NCBI GenBank assembly: GCA_049321005.1
Contig: JBMOQL010000009.1
Location: 5,455 to 69,454, forward strand
Reading direction: 5' to 3'
Length of the DNA stretch: 64,000 bases
DNA from: Pseudomonadota bacterium
Lineage (GTDB): Bacteria > Pseudomonadota > Gammaproteobacteria > Burkholderiales > Burkholderiaceae_C
Each line of letters begins with the position of its first letter. Position 1 is the stretch's first letter. Made by a program: the position numbers and the translations under genes. The notes under the pieces are model-generated. The model ran no database searches. It saw only the letters and a program-made list of their open reading frames with translations, and was not told the origin of the DNA. Positions 40,407 through 51,494 of this stretch are shown in pieces.

Positions 40407-40874
40407 ATGAAGACCAAGCCCCTCGTCGTCGCGGTGCTCGCTCTCGGTGCCGCGTCGCTGTCGGTGCCTGCCTCAGCCGCCACGCAGCCCCTGCTGGCGC
40501 CACTGACAGGCGGCTTCCTTAAAGCCAGTGACAACACTGACTGGCTGAGCTTCAGCCTCGATGTGCCCACCGACGTGCTGATCACCGGTTTCACCGGCTA
40601 CGGCAGCTGGTTTACCTCTGTCAGCCTGTTCAGCTACACGGCCGGCGTCAGCATCACGCCGAGCGCACCGTCGTTCTCCTACCCGGCGGCCTTCGGCTAC
40701 AACTTCTCGCTGCTGGCGCCAGGCGAATACGCCCTCAAGCTCGTGGGCTATGGCGACTACAAGGTGTACCCGGCCCTCTCGCCGGTGCCGGAGCCCGAGA
40801 TGAGCGCGCTGATGCTCATTGGCCTGGGCACGCTGGGCTGGATGGTCAGCCGCCGCCGGCGCACCGGCGCTTGA
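40407..40874 (+). CDS. PEP-CTERM sorting-domain protein
   Basis: ATG at 40407. It has a signal peptide and the C-terminal VPEPEMSALMLIGLGTLGWMVSRRRR. Confidence 0.8.
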   Translation: MKTKPLVVAVLALGAASLSVPASAATQPLLAPLTGGFLKASDNTDWLSFSLDVPTDVLITGFTGYGSWFTSVSLFSYTAGVSITPSAPSFSYPAAFGYNFSLLAPGEYALKLVGYGDYKVYPALSPVPEPEMSALMLIGLGTLGWMVSRRRRTGA

Positions 40875-41076
40875 CCCGTTGGCCGGCCGGCGCGGCCGTT
40901 GCCTTCGGAATGCCGGCCGCCGCGCCGAAGGCCAACGCCCGCACGATCGGCCCCAGGGGGCCCGCGCGGGCTGCGCAGCGGACCGTCGCCGCGCCCTCTT
41001 GCCCTCTTGCCCAGCGGCCGGTCTGGCGTCTGCGCGTGCCGCTCGGGATGGACACCGGGGCGACGTGGGCTGCACT

Positions 41077-41871
41077 TTAGACAGCCGACTGCGCCGCCGC
41101 CCGCGTGGCCAGGGCCAGATACTCGTCCACCGGCACTTCCTCGGCCCGGCGCTGCAGGTCGAAGCCGGCGGCATCGACACCCCGCGACGCCAGCCAGGCG
41201 CCCAGCGTGTGGCGCAGGATCTTGCGGCGCTGTGAAAAAGCCGCGGTGACCATGTCGCTCAGCAGTTCCCCTGGCACCTCTGCCGGCCGGGGCAGCGGCT
41301 GCATGCGCACCACGGCCGAGTCGACCTTAGGCGGTGGGTCGAAGGCCTCGGGCGGCACGTCGAGCACCGATTCGATGTCGTAGCGCCACTGCAGCATCAC
41401 GGACAGGCGGCCGTAGTCCTTGCTGCCGGGCGCGGCGGCCATGCGGTCCACCACCTCCTTCTGCAGCATGAAATGCTGATCCTGCACGTGGTCGATGTGA
41501 TCCAGCAGATGGAAAAGGATGGGCGTGGAGATGTTGTAGGGCAGGTTGCCCACGACGCGCAGCTTGCGGCCCAGCTCCGCCGCGAGCGCGGTGAAGTCCA
41601 CCTTGAGCACGTCGGACTCGACCACCTTGAGCTCCGGCCGCTTGCGCAGCCGCGCGGCCAGGTCGCGGTCCAGCTCGATGACGGTGAGCTGCCGGCAGCG
41701 TTCGACCAGCGGATTGGTGAGCGCTCCCATGCCGGGGCCGATCTCCACCAGCGGCTCGTCCGGGCGGGGCGCGATGGCCCGCACGATGTCGTCGATGACG
41801 CCGCTGTCGGTGAGGAAGTGCTGGCCGAAACGCTTGCGCGGGATGTGGCCGCCGGAGGCGCGAGGGCTCAC
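41077..41871 (-). CDS. rsmA: 16S rRNA (adenine1518/1519-N6)-dimethyltransferase
   Basis: [10 protein letters not shown] and [11 protein letters not shown] are present. The GTG start at 41871 overlaps the surA stop (GTGA). Confidence 0.9.
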   Translation of the reverse strand: MSPRASGGHIPRKRFGQHFLTDSGVIDDIVRAIAPRPDEPLVEIGPGMGALTNPLVERCRQLTVIELDRDLAARLRKRPELKVVESDVLKVDFTALAAELGRKLRVVGNLPYNISTPILFHLLDHIDHVQDQHFMLQKEVVDRMAAAPGSKDYGRLSVMLQWRYDIESVLDVPPEAFDPPPKVDSAVVRMQPLPRPAEVPGELLSDMVTAAFSQRRKILRHTLGAWLASRGVDAAGFDLQRRAEEVPVDEYLALATRAAAQSAV

Positions 41872-43370
41872 TGCGGCGGCTCGCGCATCTCGATGTAGGT
41901 CTGCGCGCGCACCTCGCGCGCCCACTCCTGATAGGCGGCGTCGAAGCGCTGCTCGCGCAGCATGTTGCGGGCGTTCTCGCGCAATTGGCGCGGGTCCACC
42001 GGTGCCTGGCGGCGCTCCATCAGCTGGATGAGGTGCAGGCCGAAGCGGCTGGTGACGGGCTCGGAGATCTCGCCGGCCTGCAGGCCGTCGAGCGCCTTCT
42101 GGAACTCAGGCACGAACATGCCGACGGTGGACCAGCCCAGGTCGCCCCCCCGCGTGGCCGTGCCGTCCTGCGAGTACTGGCGAGCCATCTGAGCAAAGCT
42201 GGCCTGGCCCGTGACGATCTTCTGGCGGATGTCCGCCAGCTGGGCACGTGCCGCGGCCGCCTGGGCCGGGCTGGCCGGGCGGATGAGGATGTGGCGGGCG
42301 CGGCTTTGCACGACCGAGTAGCCGGCCAGCGCGTCACGGCGGTCGAGCAGACGCAGGATGTGAAAGCCCGCGGGCGAGCGCAGCACCTGCGGAGCCACCT
42401 CGCCCGGCTTCAGCGCGGTGGTGGCGTTGACGAAGAGATCGGGCAGGCGGCTGGCCGCACGCCAGCCGATCTCGCCACCCTTGGCCCGCGTCTCGGCGTC
42501 ATCCGACACGTCCTGCGCCAGCTTGAAGAAGTCCTGCCCGGTGCGAGCCTGGGCCAGCACCTTGTCGGCCAGCTCCCGCTTGCTCTGCACCAGCGCCTCG
42601 CTGGCGCCTTCGGGCACTTTGATCAGGATCTGCGCCAGCGACAGCTCGCGCTCCACCGTCGGGCTGCCGAGCTGCTCCTTGATCAGCGCGTCGATCTCGG
42701 ACTCGGAGATGCGGATGCGCTGTGGCACCTCGCGGTCGCGCAGGCGCTCCAGCAGCATGCGCTCGCGGATGTTCTGGCGAAAGCGGGCGTAGTCGATGTT
42801 GTCGGTGCGCAGGCGGCGGCGCAGCTCGGTTGGCGTGATCTGGTTCTGCTCGGCGATGTTGGCGATCGCCTGGTCGATCTCCGCCTCGGTGGCGCGCACG
42901 CCGAGGTTGCGGGCCATGGCGAGCTGGGCGCGCTCGTCGATCAGCGCATCCAGTACCTGCTGGCGCAGCACCTCGCGGCTGGGCAGCGCCCCACCGTCGG
43001 GCGCACCTTCCTGCAGCACGCGGCTGACGCGCTGCTGGACTTCTGAATTGGTGATGGGCTCCTGGTCGACGACGGCCACGATGTAGTCCACCGCGCGCGC
43101 CTCGGCCTGGGGTACGCGCAGCGTGGGGCTCATCGTGGCGCGCAGTGAATCGGGCGCTTGCAGGCCGCTGCCCTGCAGCGACAGGCCCGGCGCAGCTGGG
43201 GCCACGCGGGGCGACTGCGCCTGCGCGACGGACGACAAGCCCAGCTGGAAGGCCAGGGCGAGCACCAGCGCCGAGCGGCCGCGGCGGCGCCACGGGATGC
43301 CGGCAGGCGCGATGCGCGCGGTCGCGCAGGCGGCAGGAGAAGCAGCGCAGCAGGGGCGGGATTCAGTCAT
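41868..43370 (-). CDS. surA: periplasmic chaperone / peptidyl-prolyl isomerase SurA
   Basis: It has SurA N-domain and parvulin-like segments (ARHILI.., GGDLGW) and sits in the conserved lptD-surA-rsmA order. The ATG at 43370 overlaps the lptD stop. Confidence 0.88.
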   Translation of the reverse strand: MTESRPCCAASPAACATARIAPAGIPWRRRGRSALVLALAFQLGLSSVAQAQSPRVAPAAPGLSLQGSGLQAPDSLRATMSPTLRVPQAEARAVDYIVAVVDQEPITNSEVQQRVSRVLQEGAPDGGALPSREVLRQQVLDALIDERAQLAMARNLGVRATEAEIDQAIANIAEQNQITPTELRRRLRTDNIDYARFRQNIRERMLLERLRDREVPQRIRISESEIDALIKEQLGSPTVERELSLAQILIKVPEGASEALVQSKRELADKVLAQARTGQDFFKLAQDVSDDAETRAKGGEIGWRAASRLPDLFVNATTALKPGEVAPQVLRSPAGFHILRLLDRRDALAGYSVVQSRARHILIRPASPAQAAAARAQLADIRQKIVTGQASFAQMARQYSQDGTATRGGDLGWSTVGMFVPEFQKALDGLQAGEISEPVTSRFGLHLIQLMERRQAPVDPRQLRENARNMLREQRFDAAYQEWAREVRAQTYIEMREPPQ

Positions 43371-46104
43371 CGGAGGAGAAAGGTTCGGCGGGCTCGCGCG
43401 GGGCCGCGGGCGCGGCCTCGTCACGCAGGAGGCGGTAGCCCGGGATATTGTCCCGCAGGGCACCCAGCGGGCTGGAGCCCAGGCGAGACAGACCAACCAG
43501 CTCCAGCTGGAACATCAGCCGGGTGGTGGCATCGCTCTGGCCAGTGGAGACGCGCTCGGCAACGACGCGGCCGATCCAGCACCCAGCGTCGTATTCGAAC
43601 CCGAACAGCGAGTCGGTAATGCGGCTGTCCTGCAGGCTGTAGCTGACGCGGCCGACGCTGTAGAGCGTGCTGCGGCCGCACTGGCCGCCGCCACTGCGGC
43701 TGGCCATGGCACGGCCGAGCTGGCCGACCGGCGCATCGGCCAGCGGCGGCATGCGGCCCCACACCGGCCATTGCCAGCCGAGGTCCAGCTGCTCGCTGGC
43801 ATCGCGCGTAAGGCGGTAAGTGACGCCGATGGTGCGCCAGGCGCCGGGCGAGTAACGCACGCCCATCACCGATCGCTGGATCCGGTTGTCGTCACTGTTG
43901 AACTGGGCCGTGGCGTCCACCCACCAGTGCGGAATGACCGAGGTGGAGCCCAGCAGCAGCAAGTCCGACAGGCGCTGCGTGAGCGGCTGACCGTCCTGGG
44001 TGATGCGCTGGTCGCTGAGCAGATAGCGCTGCACGATGCCCAGCCGCAGTGCTTCGGCGCCGCTGGTCTGGTCGACCAGCCGGGTGGTGACGCCGGCGGT
44101 GACCTGGTGCAGGTCGGCCACGCGGTCGATGCCGGAGAAGGTGTTGTCGGCAAAGATGTTGTCGGCATTGAAGTCCAGCGCCGCGCTGTCGAACACCGGC
44201 AAGGCCGACTGGTCCTTGTACGGCGTGTGCACGTACTTGATGCGTGGCTCCAGCGTCTGCGTGTAGCTGCGGCCGAACCAGCTGGAGTCGCGCTCGAGCT
44301 GCCAGACGCTGTCGATGCTGGCCGTGGGGATCAGGCGGCTCGCCTGCGTGCGGCCGTCGCTCATCGCCTCATCGGTCTGGTAGCTGGCGGCATTGATCAG
44401 CAGCCGCGGCGTGATGACCCAGCCCGGGGTGTCAGCCAGCGGCTGCCACGGGCGGGCGATGCCGACCAGCGCATGCACGCGGGTACCGACCGGGCGGCCC
44501 TGGTCCTCGACGCGGTTGCTCAACGCGAAGCGGTTGATCTCGGTCTCGGCCGACCACTGCAGGCCCGCCCCGCCCAGCTCGCCGAGCGCGCGCAAGCCCA
44601 CCTGCGGCAGCCGGCGGTAGGGGGCGACCAGCCGGTCGGCCACGTCCACATCCTGCAGCACCTGCCAGGACTGCACGGCCGCATAGGTGGCGATGCTGGT
44701 GGCGCCCAGGCCGCCCAGTACGCCGTCGGCCAGGCGATGCTCGACGCGAGCATCGGAGCTGAGCAGCCGACGGGTGAGCGAGGGGATCTCGCGCGGGTAG
44801 TCCTTCCAGTAGTCGTCGTCGGAGACGCGCAGCAGGTTGATGCTGGCATCGGTGTGGGTGCCGAAGGCCGCGCTGTGCTTCCACTGCCCGAGCCAGCGCG
44901 AGCGGCCTGCCTCGGCGTCGTTGGGCAGGGTGTCGGCGCGCAGCTGGCCGGACCAGCCGGGCTGCAAGTAGCGGAACTCGGTGTTCAGGCCCACGCCGCG
45001 GCGGGCGGCGTAGGTCGGCGTGATCGTGGCGTCGTAGTTTGGCGCGATGTTCCAGTAATAGGGCACCGCCAGCTCGAAGCCGCTGCGCGAGTTGACGTCG
45101 AAGGTGGGCGGCAGCCAGCCGGACTTGCGGTCTTCGCTGAGCGGAAAGCTCAGCACGGGCACGCCGACGATGGGCACGCCCAGGAAGCGCACCACCGCGC
45201 CCTCGGCCACGCCGACCTTGTTCTCGAAGTCCATGCGCACGCGCCGGGCCGAAAGGATCCAGTCGGGGTCGGAGCCCTCGTCGGGCACGCAGCTGGTGTA
45301 GGTGGCGCCGGAGGCCACGGCATGGTCGGCATCGATGAAGTCGATGCGCTCGGCCTGCCCGCCCGCACCGGTCAGCGCGAAGCGGTAAGTGGGCGACTCG
45401 AAGTAGCCGGCATAGGTGTCGAGCTGCATCTGCAGCTTCGGGCCGCTGTAGATGTCGCCGGAGCGGTTGACGCGCACGTTGCCGAGGGCGCGGGCGGTGT
45501 TGTCGGCCTCGGTGTGCTCGAGCACGTCGGCGCGGATGCTCAGGTCGCCGCGCTTGAGCCGCGCCGTGCCTTCGGCGCGGGTGTGGCCGGCAGCCACGCC
45601 GCTCAGGCGGTCGGCCTCGAAGTAGATCGGCAGCTCGCGCGCAGCGGCACCACGCGGCGGCGGCACCAGGCGCGGGGCCAGACGCAGGCCGGGGCCCGCG
45701 ACGTCGGTGGACGCGGCGCCCGCTTCTGCGGCCGCTGCCTCGGCCGGGTCGTCACCTGCCTGGTAGACGTCGGAAGGCGGCGCGGCCGGCGCAGCGGTGG
45801 ACGCGGGTGGGGGAGAAGAAGCCGATGCAGCCGGCCGCGGCCGGTTGAGCGTGGTGTCGAGCTGCTGCGCCACGGCAGAGGCCATCCCGGCAAAGGAGGC
45901 CACACCGGCCGCGCAGGCCGCAGCCCAGGCCAGCGGGCGCAGCGCAGGGGCAGCGCTGCCGTAGCGGCGGGCGCGGCGGCCGCCATGAGGCGCGGAGAAG
46001 GCAGGCAGGTCAGCAGCAGGCGTCAGCACGGGTCGGGGCAGACGGGAGTCGGGCACGGCACGGGGTCGGACTCGACGCGTCGGCCCGGCGCTGGCACCGG
46101 TCAC
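43363..46104 (-). CDS. lptD: LPS-assembly outer-membrane protein LptD
   Basis: It is a large beta-barrel protein with an OstA-like N-domain, directly upstream of surA. The exact start is uncertain. Confidence 0.88.
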   Translation of the reverse strand: MTGASAGPTRRVRPRAVPDSRLPRPVLTPAADLPAFSAPHGGRRARRYGSAAPALRPLAWAAACAAGVASFAGMASAVAQQLDTTLNRPRPAASASSPPPASTAAPAAPPSDVYQAGDDPAEAAAAEAGAASTDVAGPGLRLAPRLVPPPRGAAARELPIYFEADRLSGVAAGHTRAEGTARLKRGDLSIRADVLEHTEADNTARALGNVRVNRSGDIYSGPKLQMQLDTYAGYFESPTYRFALTGAGGQAERIDFIDADHAVASGATYTSCVPDEGSDPDWILSARRVRMDFENKVGVAEGAVVRFLGVPIVGVPVLSFPLSEDRKSGWLPPTFDVNSRSGFELAVPYYWNIAPNYDATITPTYAARRGVGLNTEFRYLQPGWSGQLRADTLPNDAEAGRSRWLGQWKHSAAFGTHTDASINLLRVSDDDYWKDYPREIPSLTRRLLSSDARVEHRLADGVLGGLGATSIATYAAVQSWQVLQDVDVADRLVAPYRRLPQVGLRALGELGGAGLQWSAETEINRFALSNRVEDQGRPVGTRVHALVGIARPWQPLADTPGWVITPRLLINAASYQTDEAMSDGRTQASRLIPTASIDSVWQLERDSSWFGRSYTQTLEPRIKYVHTPYKDQSALPVFDSAALDFNADNIFADNTFSGIDRVADLHQVTAGVTTRLVDQTSGAEALRLGIVQRYLLSDQRITQDGQPLTQRLSDLLLLGSTSVIPHWWVDATAQFNSDDNRIQRSVMGVRYSPGAWRTIGVTYRLTRDASEQLDLGWQWPVWGRMPPLADAPVGQLGRAMASRSGGGQCGRSTLYSVGRVSYSLQDSRITDSLFGFEYDAGCWIGRVVAERVSTGQSDATTRLMFQLELVGLSRLGSSPLGALRDNIPGYRLLRDEAAPAAPREPAEPFSSDD

Positions 46105-46201
46105 GCGCCCAGGGGCGTCCAGGGGCGGTTCTTAGAATCGCGCGATTATCCACGCCGCACCGGCTTGACCGCCCGGTGCGCGCCCTGCCCCGCCCCTGCC
46201 G

Positions 46202-47290
46202 ATGAACCCGCCCGCCGCCCCCGCATTGCCGACCGATCCGACCGCGCACACCTCTGGGGTGAGCTGGGCCGACCCGGCCCGCCGGGAGGCTTTCGGGGCC
46301 TGGCTGGCCAGTGTGGCGCCGGCACACGGGCTGGACGCCGCCAGCGTGCGTGCCGCCAGCTCCGATGCGAGCTTTCGCCGCTACCTGCGCGTGGACGGCG
46401 AGCGCGGCTCGCGCATCGTGATGGACGCGCCGCCCGCCCACGAGGACTGCCGGCCCTTCGTCGCCGTGGCCCGGCTGCTCGGTGCCGGCGGCCTGCACGT
46501 GCCAGCGGTGCTGGAATGGGACGAAGCCCAGGGCTTCATGCTGCTGTCGGACCTGGGCGATGCAACCTACCTGTCACGCCTGCAGCCCGGGCAGCCGGCG
46601 GCCGGCATCAACCGCCAGCTCTACGGTGATGCGCTTGGCGCACTGGTGCGGCTGCAGGCCATCGATGCCGAAGCCGCCGTGCCCCCGTACGACGCCGCGC
46701 TGCTGCGGCGGGAGCTGGATCTCTTCCCCGAGTGGTATCTCAGCCGCCACCGCGGCCTGAGCCTGAGCGACGCGCAGCGCACGCAGCTGGAGCAGGTCTT
46801 CGCGCTCATCCTGGCCAACAACCTGGCCCAGCCGCGCGTGCTGGTGCACCGTGACTACCACTGCCGCAACCTGATGGTCAGCGAGCCCAACCCCGGGCTG
46901 CTGGACTTCCAGGACGCCGTCTTCGGCCCCATCACCTACGACCTCGCCTCGCTGCTGCGCGACGCCTACATCGAGTGGGACGAGGAGGCGCAGATCGACT
47001 GGGGTGTGGGCTACTGGGAGCGCGCGCGCAAGGCCGGGCTGCCGGTGGCGGCGGACTTCGGCGAGTTCTGGCGGGACTTCGAGTGGATGGGCCTGCAGCG
47101 CCAGCTCAAGGTGCTGGGCATCTTCGCCCGCCTGGCCCACCGCGATGGCAAGACCGGCTACCTGGGCGACATCCCGCGCGTGTGGCGCTATGCGCACCGC
47201 GTGTGCTGCCGCTACAACGGGCTGGGCCCGCTGGCGCGCATCCTGGAAGCGGCCGAGGGCGTCAGCGCCCAGGCAGGCTACACATTCTGA
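46202..47290 (+). CDS. aminoglycoside-phosphotransferase-fold kinase (AmgK-like anomeric MurNAc/GlcNAc kinase)
   Basis: SDASFRRYLRV and VLVHRDYHCRNLM (the catalytic HRD..N) are present. It occupies the conserved position divergent from lptD. Confidence 0.75.
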   Translation: MNPPAAPALPTDPTAHTSGVSWADPARREAFGAWLASVAPAHGLDAASVRAASSDASFRRYLRVDGERGSRIVMDAPPAHEDCRPFVAVARLLGAGGLHVPAVLEWDEAQGFMLLSDLGDATYLSRLQPGQPAAGINRQLYGDALGALVRLQAIDAEAAVPPYDAALLRRELDLFPEWYLSRHRGLSLSDAQRTQLEQVFALILANNLAQPRVLVHRDYHCRNLMVSEPNPGLLDFQDAVFGPITYDLASLLRDAYIEWDEEAQIDWGVGYWERARKAGLPVAADFGEFWRDFEWMGLQRQLKVLGIFARLAHRDGKTGYLGDIPRVWRYAHRVCCRYNGLGPLARILEAAEGVSAQAGYTF

Positions 47291-47307
47291 CCCCACACGC
47301 GGGCCGC

Positions 47308-48300
47308 TCAGGCCTGCTCGGGGCCGGCGGCCTCGTGGCTCGCCGGATCGTCGACCTGCGCCTGCGGCTGCCGCGCCCGGGCCTGCTGCTCCCGCCAGAC
47401 CGACGGCGAGCAGCCGTACTCGCGCTTGAAGGCCTGGCTGAACGCCGTCTCTGAGGCATAGCCCACGCTGTCGGCGATGCGGCTGATGGGCTGCAGCGTG
47501 CTGGCCAGCTGGCGCGCAGCCAGGCGCATGCGGTGCTGCGTGAGGTAGGCCAGCGGCGGTCGGCCCATGGCGATGGTGAAGCGCTCGGCAAAGGCCGAGC
47601 GCGACAGGCAGGCCAGCGCGGCCAGCTCGTGCACCGTCCAGTTGCGCGCCGGCTCGCGGTGCATCTGGCCCAGCGCCGTGGACAGCGCCTTGTCGCGCAG
47701 CGCCACCAGCCAGTTGCCCGAGCCCTCTGGCAGCGACTCGACATGGTCGCGGATGCACTCGATCAGCATGATGTCGCTGATGCGGTTGATGATGGCCTGC
47801 TGCGCCGGGCGCGGGGCGCTCACCTCCTGCGCCAGGAACTGCAGCCCGATGGCCAGCCACGGCGCGGGGGCGTCGCCGTCACTGCGCACATGCATCAGCG
47901 GCGGCAGCGCGGCCAGCAGCGGCGCGGCCATCGCGGCGTCGAAGCGGGTGTGGCCGCTGACCAGGGTGGTGGCCGAGCCTCCGCCGCCCAGGCGCAGTGG
48001 CTCATCGGGCCGGTTGGGGGCCGAGATCAGCGGCAGCAGGTCGGTGGCCGCCCCCCCGTGGCCTGGTCGGTCCTGCACCCGGTGGTCCTCGCCGCTGGGC
48101 AGGATCACCAGGTCGCCGGCCTGCAGGGCCAGCGGCTCACGGTCACGTCGCAGCAGCCAGGCGCTGCCACTGGTGACGATGTGAAAGGCCGCCACGCCGG
48201 GCGTGTGCAGGCGCAGCGACCACGGCGCGCTGGCATGGGTGTAGACGAACACGCTGCCCTGCAGGCGCATGTCGTCCAGGATCAGGCTGAGGGTGTCCAT
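47308..48300 (-). CDS. AraC family transcriptional regulator (cupin_6 N-terminus)
   Basis: ATG at 48300 (MDTLSLILDDMRLQGSVF). The C-terminal WTVHELAALACLSRSAFAERFT..VGYASETAFSQAFKREYGCSP is the AraC HTH. The upstream 206 codons of the listed ORF are junk. Confidence 0.8.
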   Translation of the reverse strand: MDTLSLILDDMRLQGSVFVYTHASAPWSLRLHTPGVAAFHIVTSGSAWLLRRDREPLALQAGDLVILPSGEDHRVQDRPGHGGAATDLLPLISAPNRPDEPLRLGGGGSATTLVSGHTRFDAAMAAPLLAALPPLMHVRSDGDAPAPWLAIGLQFLAQEVSAPRPAQQAIINRISDIMLIECIRDHVESLPEGSGNWLVALRDKALSTALGQMHREPARNWTVHELAALACLSRSAFAERFTIAMGRPPLAYLTQHRMRLAARQLASTLQPISRIADSVGYASETAFSQAFKREYGCSPSVWREQQARARQPQAQVDDPASHEAAGPEQA

Positions 48301-48455
48301 GGGCGGCAAGCATGCCACCACGCCCCGGCACCCGACCCGCCTGCTCCGGGGTCGTCCGGCGCTACGCGAGGCTGCGTCGGCGTCCCGCCACTTCCCGCCC
48401 GCGGGGCACGGCTCGACACTCCCGGGCTGTATCGACCTACGGAGACCACTCGGCC

Positions 48456-48668
48456 ATGGCCCGCTTCCGCTGCCCCAACTGCGGCTACGTCTACGACGAG
48501 ATGCAGGGCTGCCCCCGCGAGGGGCTGGCCGCGGGCACACGGTGGGCTCAGGTCCCGGATGCCTGGTCCTGCCCTGATTGCGCGGTGCGGGACAAGGTCG
48601 ATTTCGAGCCGCAGGACGCCAGCATGCGGGGCGCGCCGTCCGATACCGAGCTCGATCCGCGGGCCTGA
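48456..48668 (+). CDS. rubredoxin
   Basis: CPNCGYVYDE and WSCPDCAVRDK form the two CxxC knuckles. Confidence 0.8.
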   Translation: MARFRCPNCGYVYDEMQGCPREGLAAGTRWAQVPDAWSCPDCAVRDKVDFEPQDASMRGAPSDTELDPRA

Positions 48669-48823
48669 CACAGCCCCGGCGACGCCCCGCTTGCCCTCCC
48701 TGCTCCGGGCTTCCGCACCATTGCACCTCCTGAACAAGGCGTGGCCCGGAGCAGGTGCGGCGGCACCCCGGCCGGCCACGGCGTCCCTGCCCCGGATGGC
48801 CGCGGTGGGATAATCCCGCGTAC

Positions 48824-50266
48824 ATGAACGACACCCCCACTCCGGGCGCGCCCGAGACAGCGGCGCAGCCTGTGCGCTTCGATTCCCTCTCGCTGGACGC
48901 CAAGCTGCTGCGCGCCATCCAGGAGCAGGGCTACACCCAGACCACGCCCATCCAGGCCAAGGCCATCCCGATCGTCCTGTCCGGGCGGGACGTGATGGGC
49001 GCGGCGCAGACGGGCACCGGCAAGACGGCCGCCTTTTCGCTGCCGCTGTTGCAGAAGATGCTGCGCCACGAGAACGCGTCTGCCTCGCCGGCGCGGCACC
49101 CGGTGCGCGCCCTGGTACTGGCCCCCACGCGCGAGCTGGCCGACCAGGTGGCCAACAACGTCAAGGCCTATGCCAAGCACACGCAGCTGCGCGTGGCGGT
49201 GGTCTTCGGCGGCATCGACATGAAGCCGCAGACGGCCGAGCTGAAGAAGGGCGTGGAGGTGCTGATCGCCACGCCGGGCCGGCTGCTGGACCACATCGAG
49301 GCCAAGAACTGCTCGCTGGGCCAGGTGGAGTACGTGGTGCTGGATGAGGCCGACCGCATGCTGGACATCGGCTTCCTGCCCGATCTGCAGCGCATCCTGA
49401 GCTACCTGCCCAAGCAGCGGCAGACGCTGCTGTTCTCGGCCACCTTCTCGCCGGAGATCAAGCGCCTGGCGCAGAGCTATCTGCAGGAGCCGGTGTTGGT
49501 GGAAGTGGCGCGGCCGAATGCCACGGCGTCCACCGTGGAGCAGCGCTTCTACCGTGTGGAAGAGGACGACAAACGCCGCGCGGTGCGGCAGATCCTCAAG
49601 ACCCGCGGCATCACGCAGAGCATCGTCTTCGTCAACTCCAAGCTGGGCGCGGCACGCCTGGCCCGTGCCTTCGAGCGCGACGGCCTGAAGACCTCGGCCC
49701 TGCACGGGGACAAGTCGCAGGACGAGCGGCTGAAGGCGCTGGCCGCCTTCAAGGCCGGCGAGATCGAGCTGCTGGTGGCCACCGACGTGGCCGCGCGCGG
49801 CCTGGACATCGCGGACCTGCCGGCGGTCTTCAACTGGGACATCCCGTTCAACGCCGAGGACTACGTCCACCGCATCGGCCGCACCGGCCGCGCCGGCGCA
49901 TCGGGCATCGCGGTGTCCTTCGTCTCGCGCGACGACAGCCGGCTGGTGGCCGAGATCGAGAAGCTGCTGAAGAAGAAGCTCGACCTGGAGCCGCTGGAAC
50001 TGGAGGACGACCGTCCGCCGCGCCGCCGTCGCGAGCTCGACGACAGTGACGACGCCCGCCCGCCGCATCCGGTGCGCCGCGCGGCGCCGGCTGCGCCGGC
50101 CGACCCCTTCTTCGACAAGCCCTACGAGCCGGCTGCCGGTGCTGACCCGAGCTGGGAACAGGCCGACAAGCCGGCCGCAGCCCCCGCACCGGCCAGCGGG
50201 CTGTCACGCTACATCAAGCCCAAGCGCAAGGTGGCCGCGTTGCTGGGCGGCAAGCGCGGCGGCTGA
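48824..50266 (+). CDS. rhlE: ATP-dependent DEAD-box RNA helicase (RhlE-like)
   Basis: The Q-motif TPIQ, AQTGTGKT, the DEAD box (VLDEADRML), SAT and HRIGRTGRAG are present. Confidence 0.9.
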   Translation: MNDTPTPGAPETAAQPVRFDSLSLDAKLLRAIQEQGYTQTTPIQAKAIPIVLSGRDVMGAAQTGTGKTAAFSLPLLQKMLRHENASASPARHPVRALVLAPTRELADQVANNVKAYAKHTQLRVAVVFGGIDMKPQTAELKKGVEVLIATPGRLLDHIEAKNCSLGQVEYVVLDEADRMLDIGFLPDLQRILSYLPKQRQTLLFSATFSPEIKRLAQSYLQEPVLVEVARPNATASTVEQRFYRVEEDDKRRAVRQILKTRGITQSIVFVNSKLGAARLARAFERDGLKTSALHGDKSQDERLKALAAFKAGEIELLVATDVAARGLDIADLPAVFNWDIPFNAEDYVHRIGRTGRAGASGIAVSFVSRDDSRLVAEIEKLLKKKLDLEPLELEDDRPPRRRRELDDSDDARPPHPVRRAAPAAPADPFFDKPYEPAAGADPSWEQADKPAAAPAPASGLSRYIKPKRKVAALLGGKRGG

Positions 50267-50384
50267 CGACCGCGGGAGAGCCGAAGGCCGGGGGCGTCCG
50301 CCACCCGGCACCCGGCCACTCGGTTGCTGCGGCCTCGGACCGCCCGGGGCTGCCACCCCCTGCCCAATCTGCGCATCGGCGCGC

Positions 50385-51494
50385 TCAGCCGCCCGCCTCC
50401 ATCCGCCGCGCGTAGCGCCGCGCCAGCACCGCACAGACGAAGAGTTGCAGCTGGTGATAGAAGAGGATGGGCAGCACCAGCACGCCCATGGCCGGATGAC
50501 CGCCGAACAGCAGGCGGGCCATCGGCACGCCGGAGGCGAGCGTCTTCTTCGAGCCGCAGAACACGGCGACGATCTCCTCGTCCGGCGGCATGCCCAGCCG
50601 CCGCGCCGCCCAGCGGGTGGCCGCCAGCATCGGAAAGAGGAACAGCGCCACGCCGATCAGCGTGGTGGCGAGCAGCCCGGGTCCGTGGCGCGTCCACAGC
50701 CCGTCGGCCACCGAATCGCTGAACGAGGTCCACACCAGCATCACGATCACGCCGCGGTCCACCACGTTGGTGAACGGCTTGGCGCGCTTGAACCAACCGC
50801 CGACAAAAGGCCGCAGCGCCTGGCCGATGGCAAAAGGCAGCAGCAGCATCTGCGCAACCTTGAGCATGGTCTCGCCCACAGCCAGCGCCTGCCCGTCGGC
50901 GCCGGCGATCACCCAGCTCGCCAGCAGCGGTGTCAGGAACACGCCCAGCAGCGTGGATAGCGTGGCATTGAGCACCGCGGCCGCCACGTTGCCGCGCGCC
51001 AGCGCCGTCATGGCCACCGACGACGACACGGTCGACGGCAACGCGGCCAGGTAGAAGAAGCCCAGCCGCAGGTCCGGCGCGATCAAGCTGCCGAACACCG
51101 CATCCAGCAGCAGCCACCACAGCGGGAAGACCGCGAAGGTGGTGAGCTGCACCAGCAGATGCAGCCGCCAGCGCGACGCGCCCTGCAGCAAGCTCTCGGT
51201 GGACAGGCCCATGCCATGCAGAAAGAAGATGGCGAAGACGCCTGCGTCAGCCAGCCGCTCCAGGCGCAGCCAGCCGCCGGTGCGGCCGATGTCCGGCGCC
51301 AGCGACGCCGTGGCCACCACCGCCAGCAGGCCGAGCAGGAACCAGTCCACCGAGCCGCGTTGGCCGCGCCGCGGGAACGGGCAGTGGTCCGCGTACCGGC
51401 GAGAGGACCGGGGCCGCAGCGGCGCGGCGGGATGGCGGGTAGGCAGGTTCGGACGCGTCCCGCTGAGCGGCGCGCGAGCATAGGAAGACGGCAT
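50385..51494 (-). CDS. bile acid:sodium symporter (BASS) family transporter
   Basis: It is multi-TM, and VDWFLLGLLAVVATASLAP..GVFAIFFLHGMGLS is typical of the YfeH/BASS family. The start (ATG 51494) is uncertain. Confidence 0.75.
   Translation of the reverse strand: MPSSYARAPLSGTRPNLPTRHPAAPLRPRSSRRYADHCPFPRRGQRGSVDWFLLGLLAVVATASLAPDIGRTGGWLRLERLADAGVFAIFFLHGMGLSTESLLQGASRWRLHLLVQLTTFAVFPLWWLLLDAVFGSLIAPDLRLGFFYLAALPSTVSSSVAMTALARGNVAAAVLNATLSTLLGVFLTPLLASWVIAGADGQALAVGETMLKVAQMLLLPFAIGQALRPFVGGWFKRAKPFTNVVDRGVIVMLVWTSFSDSVADGLWTRHGPGLLATTLIGVALFLFPMLAATRWAARRLGMPPDEEIVAVFCGSKKTLASGVPMARLLFGGHPAMGVLVLPILFYHQLQLFVCAVLARRYARRMEAGG

Noticed and set aside
47308-48918. 536-aa version of the AraC regulator.
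   Set aside because: The first 206 codons are Arg/Pro/Gly-rich and overlap the rubredoxin gene region on the opposite strand. The conserved cupin N-terminus starts at ATG 48300.
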